The translations under genes were made by a program, and so were the position numbers. From an uncultured bacterium (GTDB taxonomy: Bacteria; Actinomycetota; Acidimicrobiia; Spongiisociales; ZC4RG35), in the NCBI GenBank assembly GCA_963785075.1, contig CAWATW010000004.1, positions 571,001 through 635,000 of the forward strand: a DNA stretch of 64,000 nt, given 5' to 3'. The notes beneath the pieces were generated by a model. It did not search any database, was not told the DNA's origin, and worked only from the letters and a program-made list of their open reading frames with translations. Below, one piece after another: positions 44,820 to 54,509 of this stretch; position 1 is the stretch's first letter; every line of letters begins with the position of its first letter.

Positions 44820-44990
44820 CGGGTCAGCGCGATGCTGATGATCGTGTTGCTGGCTCGCTCAACCACTCCATGCCCTTCGGTGGCCTGGTCCCGTCTTGCG
44901 GCCAGCAGCACGATGTGGACCGGCCGGCGTGGCTTGATAGGAGCGTGGCGTCGCCCCCACTGAGGTGTGCCCACCGACCGGTCCTGTCAC
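44820..44990 (+). ncRNA. Predicted IS110 bridge RNA
   Basis: 5' hairpin 44824-44838; stem 44841-44858/44898-44914 enclosing target guides; stem 44917-44933/44969-44984 enclosing donor guides; guides match the element junctions. Confidence 0.8.
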
Positions 44991-45015
44991 CGTTCAACAG
45001 AAGGGCAACAGGACC

Positions 45016-46064
45016 ATGATCATGCTTGGTATCGATGCGCACAAGCGCACCCATACCGTGGTCGCTGTCGACCACCTTGGCCGTCAGCTCGGCTCGAGAC
45101 CACGACTGCGACCACCACTGCGGAGCATCTGGCGATCATCCGTTGGGCCGACCAGTTCGGCGCCGAGCGCTGTTGGGCGGTCGAGGACTGTCGGCACCTG
45201 TCTCGTCGGCTTGAACGCGACATGCTCGCAGCGGGGGAACGGATCGTGCGGGTGCCACCCAAGCTGATGGCACACTCACGCGACTCGGTCCGTACCTACG
45301 GCAAGTCCGATCCGATCGACGCCCTCGCCGTTGCACGGGCCGCGCTCCGCGAACCGGACCTCCCGACAGCCCATGTCAACAATCAGGCTCGCGAGCTTCG
45401 ACTGCTCGTCGATCACCGAGAAGACCTGGTAGCGGAACGGACCAGGCACATCAACCGGCTCCGCTGGCACCTCCATGACATCGACCCCACATGGGAACCA
45501 GACCTGCGTGCGCTCACCACGTTCAAGCACCTCGACATCGCCGCCGGCAGGCTCGCCGGGCTCGACAGCGTGATCGCTCGCATCGCAGCCGATCTCGTCA
45601 TTCGTATCCGCCAACTCACCATCGACATCAACAACATGCGCGCCGAACTCGAAACCCGAACCAAGACCACAGCACCGAATCTGCGCCGCATCCACGGCGT
45701 GGGACCTCTGGCCGCCGCGAAACTGATCGGCGAGGTCGCCGGTATCGAACGCTTCAAATCCCGCCACGCATTCGCCCGTCACAACGGCACCGCCCCGACA
45801 CCGGTCTGGTCTGGCAACACCGACCGTCAACGGCTCAGCCGCGCCGGGAACCGACAACTCAACGCCGCCATCCACCGGATCGCACTCACCCAGGCCCGAT
45901 CACACCCAGACGCCATCGCCCTTCTCGCCCGAAGAACCGATGCTGGCGCCACCCGCAAAGAGGCGCTCCGATCACTGAAACGGCGACTCTCCGATGTCGT
46001 GTTCCGAGCCATGCTCGCCGACGCTGCGCTCACCCAACACCACGCCACCCCACACGCCGCTTGA
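45016..46064 (+). pseudogene. IS110 DEDD recombinase/transposase, frameshift near 45095
   Basis: MIMLGIDAHK (first frame), WAVED, KSDPIDA, GVGPLAAA, APTPVWSG, GNRQLNAAIH. Confidence 0.88.
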
Positions 46065-46267
46065 CATAGGAGAGAGGGGACGTTCCCCGCGTCGGTCGTA
46101 GCGATCGGAGCAAGGGCGAATCGAAGGCGGCTGGATCCGTCACGAAGCCGCGACGAGCGCGTTGCAGAGCCGAGCAAGCGTCGGTGATCCGGCTGGCCCG
46201 TCAGGCGTACGTCGGCTGACGGGGTGGTCCCGAGAGGTCTCTGCAAGACGTGTGGCAGGCTGGGTGC

Positions 46268-46500
46268 GTGCGGCTCACGATCATCGGCTCCAACCTGCCC
46301 GGCCGCGCCTTCTGTCGACCCGATGGCACCCCGATGGACAACGTCCACGTCAAGTACAAGTCCGGTGCGGGCCATCCCATCTCGTCCCCGCCGACACCGC
46401 CCAGGCGAAGTGGGAAGTCGAGGTCGACGTCTTCGATCGTGACGGCAACGAACGACTTCCGCGGCCCCGCCGTGCAGGGCCAGCCAGGGGAGCGCGATCC
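46268..46500 (+). pseudogene. Degenerate DUF5990-like fragment
   Basis: RLTIIGSNLPGR..NVHV / VQVR..VPADTAQAKW / DFRGPAVQG spread over frames; family call is from memory. Confidence 0.45.
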
Positions 46501-46512
46501 GGGACAGGCGAG

Positions 46513-46746
46513 ATGCTCAATCCTCGAGAGGTGGAGATCCTGAGCGAGATCGCAGGCGGCAGTTCTCGACGCGAGGCAGCCCGCTCCCTTCACCTCTCCA
46601 TGAACACGGTCAAGTCCTACCTGAGGACCGCATACCGCAAGCTGGGTGCGACCGACCGCTCAGAAGCCTTGCGCCGAGCGCGCGAGCTCGGCATCGTCAC
46701 CCCTTGCCAACCATTCTTTCGAATCGCAAGCCTCCCCAGAACCTGA
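46513..46746 (+). CDS. Stand-alone LuxR-type HTH domain (possibly a remnant)
   Basis: LNPREVEILSEIAGG..AARSLHLSMNTVKSYLRTAYRKLG..R.EA. Confidence 0.75.
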   Translation: MLNPREVEILSEIAGGSSRREAARSLHLSMNTVKSYLRTAYRKLGATDRSEALRRARELGIVTPCQPFFRIASLPRT

Positions 46747-46982
46747 GCTGCGGCGAGACCCCTCCCAAGCGAACCCGAACCTGTCGTCCTCGATAGGACC
46801 AAGACGGGTGACGTCGCCACGTCGCAGCTCACCCGCGACGATACCGCCCGCAGCACCTTCTGAGTCGACGGAGGCGAGCCCGGCAGCCAATAGCGTCGAA
46901 CTCGTCGCTGGAGGCGAGACAATGAAGACGTAGGATTCATCAGGCATCGGACGGCAACCGGCCGTGGCGAGCTCTATCACCT

Positions 46983-47234
46983 CTACCGGCGGCCGCGACG
47001 GCGCACGACCCCGATCCCGAACCAGACCAGTGCGCCCACCAACGCCGTCGTGAGCGTCATGACCCAGACCGGCGAAGACAGGTCCCAGAAGAGAAGTTTC
47101 ACGGTCACCCGCCCGGTGTTCTGGAACATGAAGACGACGAGCAACACCAGCCCGGAAAGCGCAGCGATGGCCCCAGCGCTCATCCGGGCGGTGTCTTCGC
47201 TGCCCTGCTGTGCAGTGACCTGATCTTGTGGCAT
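46983..47234 (-). CDS. LapA/DUF1049-like small two-TM membrane protein
   Basis: LLVVFMFQNT..VTVKLLFW...second TM, basic tail. Confidence 0.7.
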   Translation of the reverse strand: MPQDQVTAQQGSEDTARMSAGAIAALSGLVLLVVFMFQNTGRVTVKLLFWDLSSPVWVMTLTTALVGALVWFGIGVVRRRGRR

Positions 47235-47509
47235 GTGCGGGTCCTATCAGTCGGGCAGGTCGGCGTGGGTGTGGTTGACGACCACGGGTTAGCGCTTGAC
47301 CGGCGTCAGGTCGGACACCTGGAGCATAGCTTGCGGATGTCCCACTGCGAGCCTGCAAGCGGGGTGAATCTCGCTCTCACCCCAGGGGAAGATCTGCGGC
47401 ACCGCTCGGAGCGGGTGCCGGCTCGCTCGGCCAAAGGTGAGGTCTCTCGGCGTACGAAGGGCCGATGCCAGGAACCCTAGTGCGTCGACGGCCTGGACTA
47501 CGCCACCGT

Positions 47510-47805
47510 TGGAGTTGACCCCGGTTTGGTGGACAGTTTGATGTTCCCCCGGTTCGGTGGATTCGGGATAGTTGAATCTGGTGTGCTCTGACCCACGAGG
47601 AGGGTCCGAACATGCCGAAGAGATATCCGTCGGAGTTCCGTCGTAGGGTCCTTGACCTGATCGCTGCCGGGAGGCCGGTGGCATCGGTCGCCGACGACCT
47701 CGGGGTGTCCGCACAGGCATCTACCACTGGCGGAGACAGGACGCCATCGACCGGGGCGAGGTGGCGGGGCTGAGCAGCGGAGAGCAGGCCGAGTTGAGGG
47801 CGGCT
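47510..47805 (+). mobile_element. Remnant of a second IS3-family left end and orfA
   Basis: TGGAGTTGACCCCGGTTTGGTGGACA IR-like end; ATG 47612 gives MPKRYPSEFRRRVLDLI..VASVADDLGVS / IYHWRRQDAIDRGE. Confidence 0.75.
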
Positions 47806-48461
47806 CTCGCCATCGGTCACACGCTGCTCGGATGGAACCGGTTCATCAGCTCTGGCATGGTCACCATCAGCCTGTTCGCCGGAGCGTCCACCGGGGCGAT
47901 GGCAGTTCGGGCGATGTTCGGCACCGCCGGCATTCCCGTTTCGGAGCGGCCGCCGGCGCTCGTGCAGTGGCTGTTCCTCGTCCTGTTGATGGTCGGTCTG
48001 GCCGTCGTGTTCCAGGTGTCGCCCCGGCAAGCGCCATGGGCCATCACCGCCGGGCTGCTTGCGTACGGCGGTCTCGAAGTCGGCGGCCGAGCAGGCGTCT
48101 GGCAGGGCCCGTTTCTCGGAGCGCTCGCCCTCGGCTGTTCGCCGGGCTGTTCGTTCGACTCCGAGCCCGCACGAGCCCGCTCATCGTGGTCCTCCCAGGG
48201 ATCTTGATCCTGGTCCCCGGTGTCGCCGCCTACGCATCGTTGCGGGCACTCGACTCTGGTCCCACCACAGGCGTAACTGGTTCCGTCGAGGGGGTCGTCT
48301 TTCAGATCTTTGCCATTCTCGCCGGTCTGTACGTCGCCGGCTCGGTGATGGCCCTCCCCGGTATCAAGCTCGAACCGGCAGTGCCGGCCGCAAACGAGTG
48401 CTTCGTCATCGCCCCAGGGCCGAGCAGCGCGCGTTTCCGTCACACCCCTGCGATTGAATGA
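47806..48461 (+). pseudogene. C-terminal fragment of a ThrE-family threonine/serine exporter
   Basis: Hydrophobic helices, LAVVFQV..WA, IVVLPGILILVPG..AY; 5' end replaced by the IS3 remnant, with an internal frameshift. Confidence 0.65.
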
Positions 48462-48494
48462 GGAGGTCTCGACCACGAAGGAGAGGAGGACACG

Positions 48495-49277
48495 ATGATT
48501 ATGTTGCCGCTCTACCTTCTCTGCCTTGCGCTCGAGCTGGTCCACGTCCTCGCCCGGTTCCTCGTGGCGTACGGGATCGCCCGGGCATTAGGAGTTGGCG
48601 AGGACCCCGCCGCCTGGATTGCCGGCGTAGTCGCCTTCCTGCCGCGGCTCCGCTCTTTGACTACCTACTTCTTCCCGCTGCCCGGAGGTTGGGGCTTGCT
48701 CTGGGAACTCGGTGCTCGCCGGCCGAGCCCTTGCGAGAAGGAGACCGTGAAGCCGGTGCTGGATGAGCTCCGCCGGCGAGGCGCCAAGACCCCGGTCACA
48801 TGGTTCGTGATCGACGACCCCCTTTCCGAACGCCCAGACGCTCCGAAGAACGATCTACATCAACAGCGGAATGATCGGCCATCCATCACTGGATGCAACC
48901 CTTGCGCACGAGTGCGGTCACATTGCCACCCGCATCGGCGACCGGCTGCTCGCCCTGGTCCGTCTCAAGTTCCCGGGCTTCGATTGCTCCGGATCTATCT
49001 CGAAACCGAAGGATGGCCGATCACAGCGAAGAACGCACGAGTCATCTCGGGCGGCGCCTCCTGGGAGTTGCCAATCATACGGTCACTCTGGGCGGCCTAT
49101 CTGCGTCGAGCTGAACATGCCGCGGACCGATACGCCAAGAAGCTCGGCTACTCCTACGAGTTGGTCGAGTATCTCGACGTGTACGAACGATCGCTCGACG
49201 GGGCGAGTCCTTTCCGCCGAGGTCGCTCGCACCCTTACGCCGAGCAGCGGATCGGGCGGCTGATGCGCGAACCCTGA
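48495..49277 (+). pseudogene. M48 (HtpX-like) metalloprotease, internally frameshifted
   Basis: TLAHECGH (HExxH) lies in an alternative frame at about 48900, while EHAADRYA and SHP..EQRI lie in the main frame. Confidence 0.65.
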
Positions 49278-49302
49278 TTGACTGACGAGCGTTGGCCTGC
49301 AA

Positions 49303-49932
49303 TCAGTCGCTGACCAGCGATCTGGAGAGCCGGTAGATGTAGATGCCAACGCCAGCAACGGACACCAGGAAGGCCGAGACCATCGCCCAGCGCCATGGAG
49401 CGGACAGTTCAGTCCATCGCATTGCCATGACGATGACCGGAAACGCGATTCCCGCGAGAACGACCCCTGAGCGGGGCTTGGCGAGCTTGCGAAGCAAGGC
49501 CTCGGCCACTGATTCGAACATCGGCTCGACCTCCAATCCGGCTGCTCGAAGATCCTCGGCTGTTCGGGCCGCATGTTCTCCATCGTGAAGGTCGCGGATG
49601 GCTACTTCGTTGGCGCTAACCCAAGCTAGAAAGACATCCGCGAACTGTTGGCGTTCCTTGCGACTCGCTCCGTGTTGAATCTGATCTGCCAGCTCGTTGG
49701 CCTCTCGAACCCCATCGTCGCAGTAGAGGCGCGCTGCGGATTCCAGGAAATCGCCCAGATCCCAACCAGCGCGACGGCTTACCAAATCACGGTGGTGGGC
49801 CTTGACCGACTTGAGCTGATCGTCTATCTCAGCGACACGCTGAACAAGACTCGCCCGCTCGGACGCCATGCTGACGAGTCGGGCAACAAGAAGCCCGCCG
49901 ACGATCGCAACGATTGCGGCCGAGGACTGCAC
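49303..49932 (-). CDS. Hypothetical membrane-anchored coiled-coil protein
   Basis: N-terminal TM, coiled coil, two C-terminal TM helices; start uncertain. Confidence 0.55.
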   Translation of the reverse strand: MQSSAAIVAIVGGLLVARLVSMASERASLVQRVAEIDDQLKSVKAHHRDLVSRRAGWDLGDFLESAARLYCDDGVREANELADQIQHGASRKERQQFADVFLAWVSANEVAIRDLHDGEHAARTAEDLRAAGLEVEPMFESVAEALLRKLAKPRSGVVLAGIAFPVIVMAMRWTELSAPWRWAMVSAFLVSVAGVGIYIYRLSRSLVSD

Positions 49933-50100
49933 GATGGTGGAGGGGAGCCATTTGGGTCACTCGCTGCCAGAATCTCAATCGCCATAGGAGGAGACTAGGA
50001 GCTCCGGTCACGATCTGTCTGGCGGCTGACTTCGTCCGCTCAACCTCGGGGCGTCGATACCAACGATCGGACGCTTTGTAGGAGGCGGCCGGTCTCGGCG

Positions 50101-51876
50101 CTAGCGCGAAAGAGCCTGACAGATGATTCCTGCAACCGAGGCGATGGTCGAGGCTACGGAGTCGTAGATCGTGTCCACGGCATCGTCGAAGCCGCCGACG
50201 GTTCCCATTGGGTCGATTCCGAGATCTCGGACGACGTTCTCGAGTCTCGCATCCACGTTGGCGACGGCATGGCTATCAAGTTGTCGGAGGTCGTTGAGTT
50301 TGAATAGCGCCGAGATGTGCGGTGCTTCCAATCCTTCGGAAACGCGCTGAGCGACTTCGTGCTTGTCGGCAACGATGTCGAGGCCGGCCTCATCCGCAAC
50401 AACGGCGGCCTTCGTGATGAGCTCAAGCAGCTTGAGGCTGCGGTAGCCGGCCGTCTCATCAGGATCGAAGCCCATCTCGTGAACCATGGACCGAAGGTGC
50501 CGCTCTCCGAGGCGATCCACGGTGCTCTGATATATGGCACCGCATCGGTCGATGAAGGCATCCCGATTGAGTCCCGGAGGGATGTGCCTTGCGATTGCTT
50601 CGAACGGCGGATCAGACCACCAACCCCGGTATTCGAGATCACCGCGAGCCACAGCAACAACGTCGTTCGCGGTTATGCGTAGACCGAGGTCATGAGCAAG
50701 AGCCTCCAAGCACGCCCGGAGGTCGGCCCACAAATAGGCGATCGCTCGTGCTCGGGTAGCGACGTTCGGGTGATCCCAACGTCGGTCGTTGAGAGGAGGA
50801 GGCTCCACCGCGTGCTCGTGGTAGAGACGGACGATCTCGGGTCGAGTGCCCTCGTAGAGCTTCTTCAGATCGATTTGGATGAGATCCCGTCCGTAGCGCT
50901 GGCACCAGCTGACCCCCCACTGGTTCTTGTATGACGCAGCGCCGGACTCGGGGTGAATCTCAATGTCTTGCTGTCCTTCGAACCGGCCGAGAACCGTGTC
51001 TCGAACGAACACTTCAGAAGCATGGTCGGCGATGCCGGCCATCCGGGCGTCGTCTCTCGAGACTGTCCCGGCGCCTGGCCATTCGAGTTCCTGGTAGTCC
51101 CATCGTCCTTCGGTCATGGGCATGCCTCCTGGCTCGACGATCAATCGAATGCCCCAGCACTCGGCCAGGACGTCCCCATCCGTCATGCGCCGTAGCGATA
51201 CGGATCTGCCAGGTAGCTCGACATCCACCTGAGTCTCCTCCCCGAGCAGTGCAGCCACGTGGTCGTCAGGGGGCGCTGAGTCTTGAACGTAGAAGACCTG
51301 AACGACGGTTAGCCCTCGTAGAGACGCGTAGTCCTGGATGAGGCCGGCATCAGCATCAACAAAGGCCGTCCCCGGCTCGTCGAATAGGTTCGAGGTCGAA
51401 CAATCTGCGATGAGGCGGTCATAGCTCGGTTGCTCGAGGTCATCCCAATGAGCGACTTGGCCATCCGTGTACCGCGGGACCAGTCCGTAGGTCATGAGGA
51501 GGCCCTGGTCGGGGATCACTACATCCATAGCTCCCGATTCTCAACGGACCGCGAGCGGCTCGAAGTCAACGGTTCCGTCGGTGAAGACCCAGAACCGGGG
51601 CTCGTACTCTCCGATGCCTGCGAAGGGGTGAGGGCCGTTTGAGTCGGGATCGTGGCCTTTGAAGCCCAGGGTCTCGCTGAGCCGAAGCGCCTCTTCCGGA
51701 TCGCCTAGCGCTGCGTAGACATGACGGTGTTCCAGCGGCTCTTCGTAGTTCTCGATAAGAGCGAGCTTCATACGACTGCCAACTACGGGCTCCTCGCTGG
51801 CGTGCCAGGCGAGTGATTCCGGCCACCACTCCGGACCGAGGCCAAGCTCATCGAAGGAATGCGTCGACATCGCCAA
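50101..51876 (-). pseudogene. ~590-aa hypothetical protein split by an in-frame TGA (51541-51543); C-terminal Rx4H HEPN-like motif
   Basis: ORFs 51541-51876 and 50101-51528 are in the same frame, four codons apart; LNDLRQLDSH near the C-terminus. Confidence 0.6.
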
Positions 51877-52192
51877 GAGGGATCTGTTGGACTCTGAGCG
51901 AGGTAGGTCTCCCGGATTCTCGCTAGCTCTGTCGGGCCTTCCGGCCGGTTCACGCGCCAGAACTCCCAGCCGTTGTTCGACTTGCCTGTCAACGTGTCGG
52001 CAGCTCCTGACAGCGTGTCGAACTCGACTCCGTTGTCAGTGCGGATCCTGCCGTCGGGCAGGACGGTCGCTCGGTATTCGACGCTCGACCTAGAGCCGGT
52101 GAGCGTCGTTCCCGGTGCCAGAAGACCAGCAGAGATCAGGTCCAACAGGCTTACGCCGAATAACGCCTGTCTCTTCTGCTGGGTGGTGTCTT
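51783..52192 (-). pseudogene. RAMA (restriction/adenine-methylase-associated) domain fragment
   Basis: SLLDLISAGLLAPG..ATVLPDGRI...FDTLSGAA...NGWEFWRV; 5' end abuts the IS110 fragment. Confidence 0.75.
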
Positions 52193-52468
52193 CACCGGTC
52201 TGGTCTGGCAACACCGACCGTCACCGGCTCAGCCGCGCCGGGAACCGACAACTCAACGCCGCCATCCACCGGATCGCACTCACCCAGGCCCGATCACACC
52301 CAGACGCCATCGCCCTTCTCGCCCGAAGAACCGATGCTGGCGCCACCCGCAAAGAGGCGCTCCGATCACTGAAACGGCGACTCTCCGATGTCGTGTTCCG
52401 AGCCATGCTCGCCGACGCTGGGCTCACCCAACACCACGCCACCCCACACGCCGCTTGACATAGGAAAG
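52193..52468 (+). mobile_element. 3' fragment of a second copy of the same IS110
   Basis: Near-identical to about 45799-46074; ends TTGACATAGGAAAG followed by AGGGGAC. Confidence 0.9.
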
Positions 52469-52482
52469 AGGGGACACGATCC

Positions 52483-52670
52483 AAGCCGCCCGATCCGGAG
52501 ACACCCGCCGTCAGCACGGCACTCGGGGGTCTGGGGGTCGCCCCCCAGACATCATCAACCCGCGAGCCACGGCTTGCCTATGCATCGTGACCTGAAGCCG
52601 CCCGATCCGGAGACACCCGCCGTCAGGACGGCACTCGGGGGTCTGGGGGTCGCCCCCCAGACATCACAGC
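52483..52670 (+). repeat. ~115-bp REP/MITE-like repeat, units 4 (partial) and 5
   Basis: Same consensus as 41761-42118. Confidence 0.88.
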
Positions 52671-52680
52671 CCCCCAGGCA

Positions 52681-53226
52681 TCAGGGAATCGAGGGCTCGA
52701 TTCGCATCACCGTGTCTTCGTTCCAGCGGGATGAGCCGGTGAACCAGAGGAAGTCGGTCTGCCAGTGGTGGTCGAAGATGACGCGAACCCCCACCCAGTC
52801 GCGGTTGGCTGCTCCGTCATTGCGGTCGGCCGCCGGCCAACCGTTCTGGATGAGATACCAGTTGTTGACGCAGGACAGGGAGACCGGGTCGGAATCTCGA
52901 ACCGTGCGGTAGCGCTGGGCTCGGCCGATTGCGCCGTTGACGTCGGACTTGTAGATCATCACCTCTACGACGTCTTCGCTCGCGATGTTCTGGAGGGCAC
53001 TGGCGGTGGCCTCGAGTATGCGACAGTCCGCGCTAGAGATGCTGCCGGCCGAGGCGGCGGCCCGCGCTCCCTCACGAGTCGAAGATGAAACCGTCATCCA
53101 ATCGCGCAGGGCGATGCCCCATTCGAAGGATCCGAGGACGAGCATGAGGAGCAGCCCGACGACCATCGCCGCTTCTATGGCTGCTGCCCCGCGTTCCGAT
53201 GGTTTTCCTGCAGTTGATCGCGACAT
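52681..53226 (-). CDS. TadE/TadG-like pseudopilin
   Basis: ERGAAAIEAAMV prepilin motif, TM segment, REGARAAA. Confidence 0.85.
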   Translation of the reverse strand: MSRSTAGKPSERGAAAIEAAMVVGLLLMLVLGSFEWGIALRDWMTVSSSTREGARAAASAGSISSADCRILEATASALQNIASEDVVEVMIYKSDVNGAIGRAQRYRTVRDSDPVSLSCVNNWYLIQNGWPAADRNDGAANRDWVGVRVIFDHHWQTDFLWFTGSSRWNEDTVMRIEPSIP

Positions 53227-53295
53227 CCGCATCCCCGTACTTGCCCCAGCGACAATGTACCCGGGCAGACGCGTGCCGCTACCCCTCCGCTGTCT

Positions 53296-54480
53296 TCAGG
53301 GCACCTCGAAGAGCCCGGCTGCTCCCATCCCGCCGCCGACGCACATCGTGACCACGGCATACCGCTCCTTGCGACGACGCGCTTCGAGCAGCGCATGTCC
53401 GACCATTCGAGCCCCGCTCATCCCGTAGGGGTGACCGATGGATATGGCGCCGCCGTTGACATTGAAGATCTCGTTGTCGATGCCGAGCTTGTCGCGGCAG
53501 TAGATGGTCTGAACTGCGAACGCCTCGTTCAGCTCCCACACACCGATGTCTTCTATCGCCAGACCTGTCCGCGCCAACAGCTTTGGAACGGCGAAGACCG
53601 GACCGATTCCCATCTCGTCGGGATCGACGCCGGCCACGACCATGCCCCGGTAGTAACCGAGTGGTGCCAGACCTCGCTTCTCGGCTTCGGAAGCTTCCAT
53701 GATCACGAGCGCGGCGGCACCGTCGGACAGTTGACTGGCGTTTCCTGCGGTGACGTTCTTGTCGTAGCCTCTGACCGGGGCAAGCTGACCGAGTCCTTCC
53801 ATGGTCGTGGAAGGTCGGTTGCCTTCGTCGAGCCGGAGCTTCACCTCTTCCGATGTGGATTCCCCCGTCTCCCGATCGACGACGACCTTGGTGGTCGTGG
53901 TCTGGATGATCTCGTCGTCGAAGACACCCCGCTCTTGCGCCGAAGCAGTGCGCTGCTGCGATTGGTACGCGTACCGGTCGCAATCCTCCCGACTCACGCC
54001 GTATCTCTCGGCGACCACCTCGGCGGTGTCGATCATGGGCATGTACATGCTCGGTTCGCGTTCGAGCACTCGAGGATCCGCTGCTCGATACATGTTCATG
54101 TTCTCGTTCTGCACGAGGCTGATGGACTCGACCCCGCCGGCGACGACCACCGGGGCGCCATCGATCATCACCTGCTTGGCGCCGGTCGCCACGGCCATGA
54201 GCCCGGAGGAACACTGACGATCGATCGTCATCCCCGACACCGAGGTCGGGAGCCCTGCAGCGATGGCGGACACCCGTGCCATGTTGATCCCCTGGGTTCC
54301 TTGTTGCATCGCGCAGCCGAGGATCACGTCGTCGACTTCTGCGGGATCGACCTTGGCACGATCGACGGCGGCGCGTATCGCCATGCCGGCGAGTGTGGGT
54401 GCCTCGGTGTCGTTGAACGCTCCCCGATAGGCCCTCCCGATCGGGGTGCGGGCGGTCGAGACGATCACGGCTTCACGCAT
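53296..54480 (-). CDS. Acetyl-CoA C-acyltransferase (thiolase)
   Basis: [28 protein letters not shown]. Confidence 0.95.
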   Translation of the reverse strand: MREAVIVSTARTPIGRAYRGAFNDTEAPTLAGMAIRAAVDRAKVDPAEVDDVILGCAMQQGTQGINMARVSAIAAGLPTSVSGMTIDRQCSSGLMAVATGAKQVMIDGAPVVVAGGVESISLVQNENMNMYRAADPRVLEREPSMYMPMIDTAEVVAERYGVSREDCDRYAYQSQQRTASAQERGVFDDEIIQTTTTKVVVDRETGESTSEEVKLRLDEGNRPSTTMEGLGQLAPVRGYDKNVTAGNASQLSDGAAALVIMEASEAEKRGLAPLGYYRGMVVAGVDPDEMGIGPVFAVPKLLARTGLAIEDIGVWELNEAFAVQTIYCRDKLGIDNEIFNVNGGAISIGHPYGMSGARMVGHALLEARRRKERYAVVTMCVGGGMGAAGLFEVP

Positions 54481-54509
54481 GTCAGGCTCCAGAACTGGGA
54501 ATCCGGGGG

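Larger units (their letters stand above)
44802..46074 (+). mobile_element. IS110-family element inserted in the IS256 right terminal repeat
   Basis: About 215-bp non-coding left end, recombinase gene, very short right end TTGACATAGGAG; no terminal IRs or target duplication. Confidence 0.88.

Noticed and set aside
51541-51543. Selenocysteine readthrough of the in-frame TGA
   Set aside because: No evident SECIS hairpin or redox motif; a Trp nonsense change or an error is simpler.
41761-52670. CRISPR array interpretation of the ~115-bp repeats
   Set aside because: Units are similar along their whole length with no unique spacers, and there are no cas genes in the window.
52681-53226. Tad pilus system
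   Set aside because: Only one TadE-like gene is present; no ATPase, TadB/C or Flp genes in the window.
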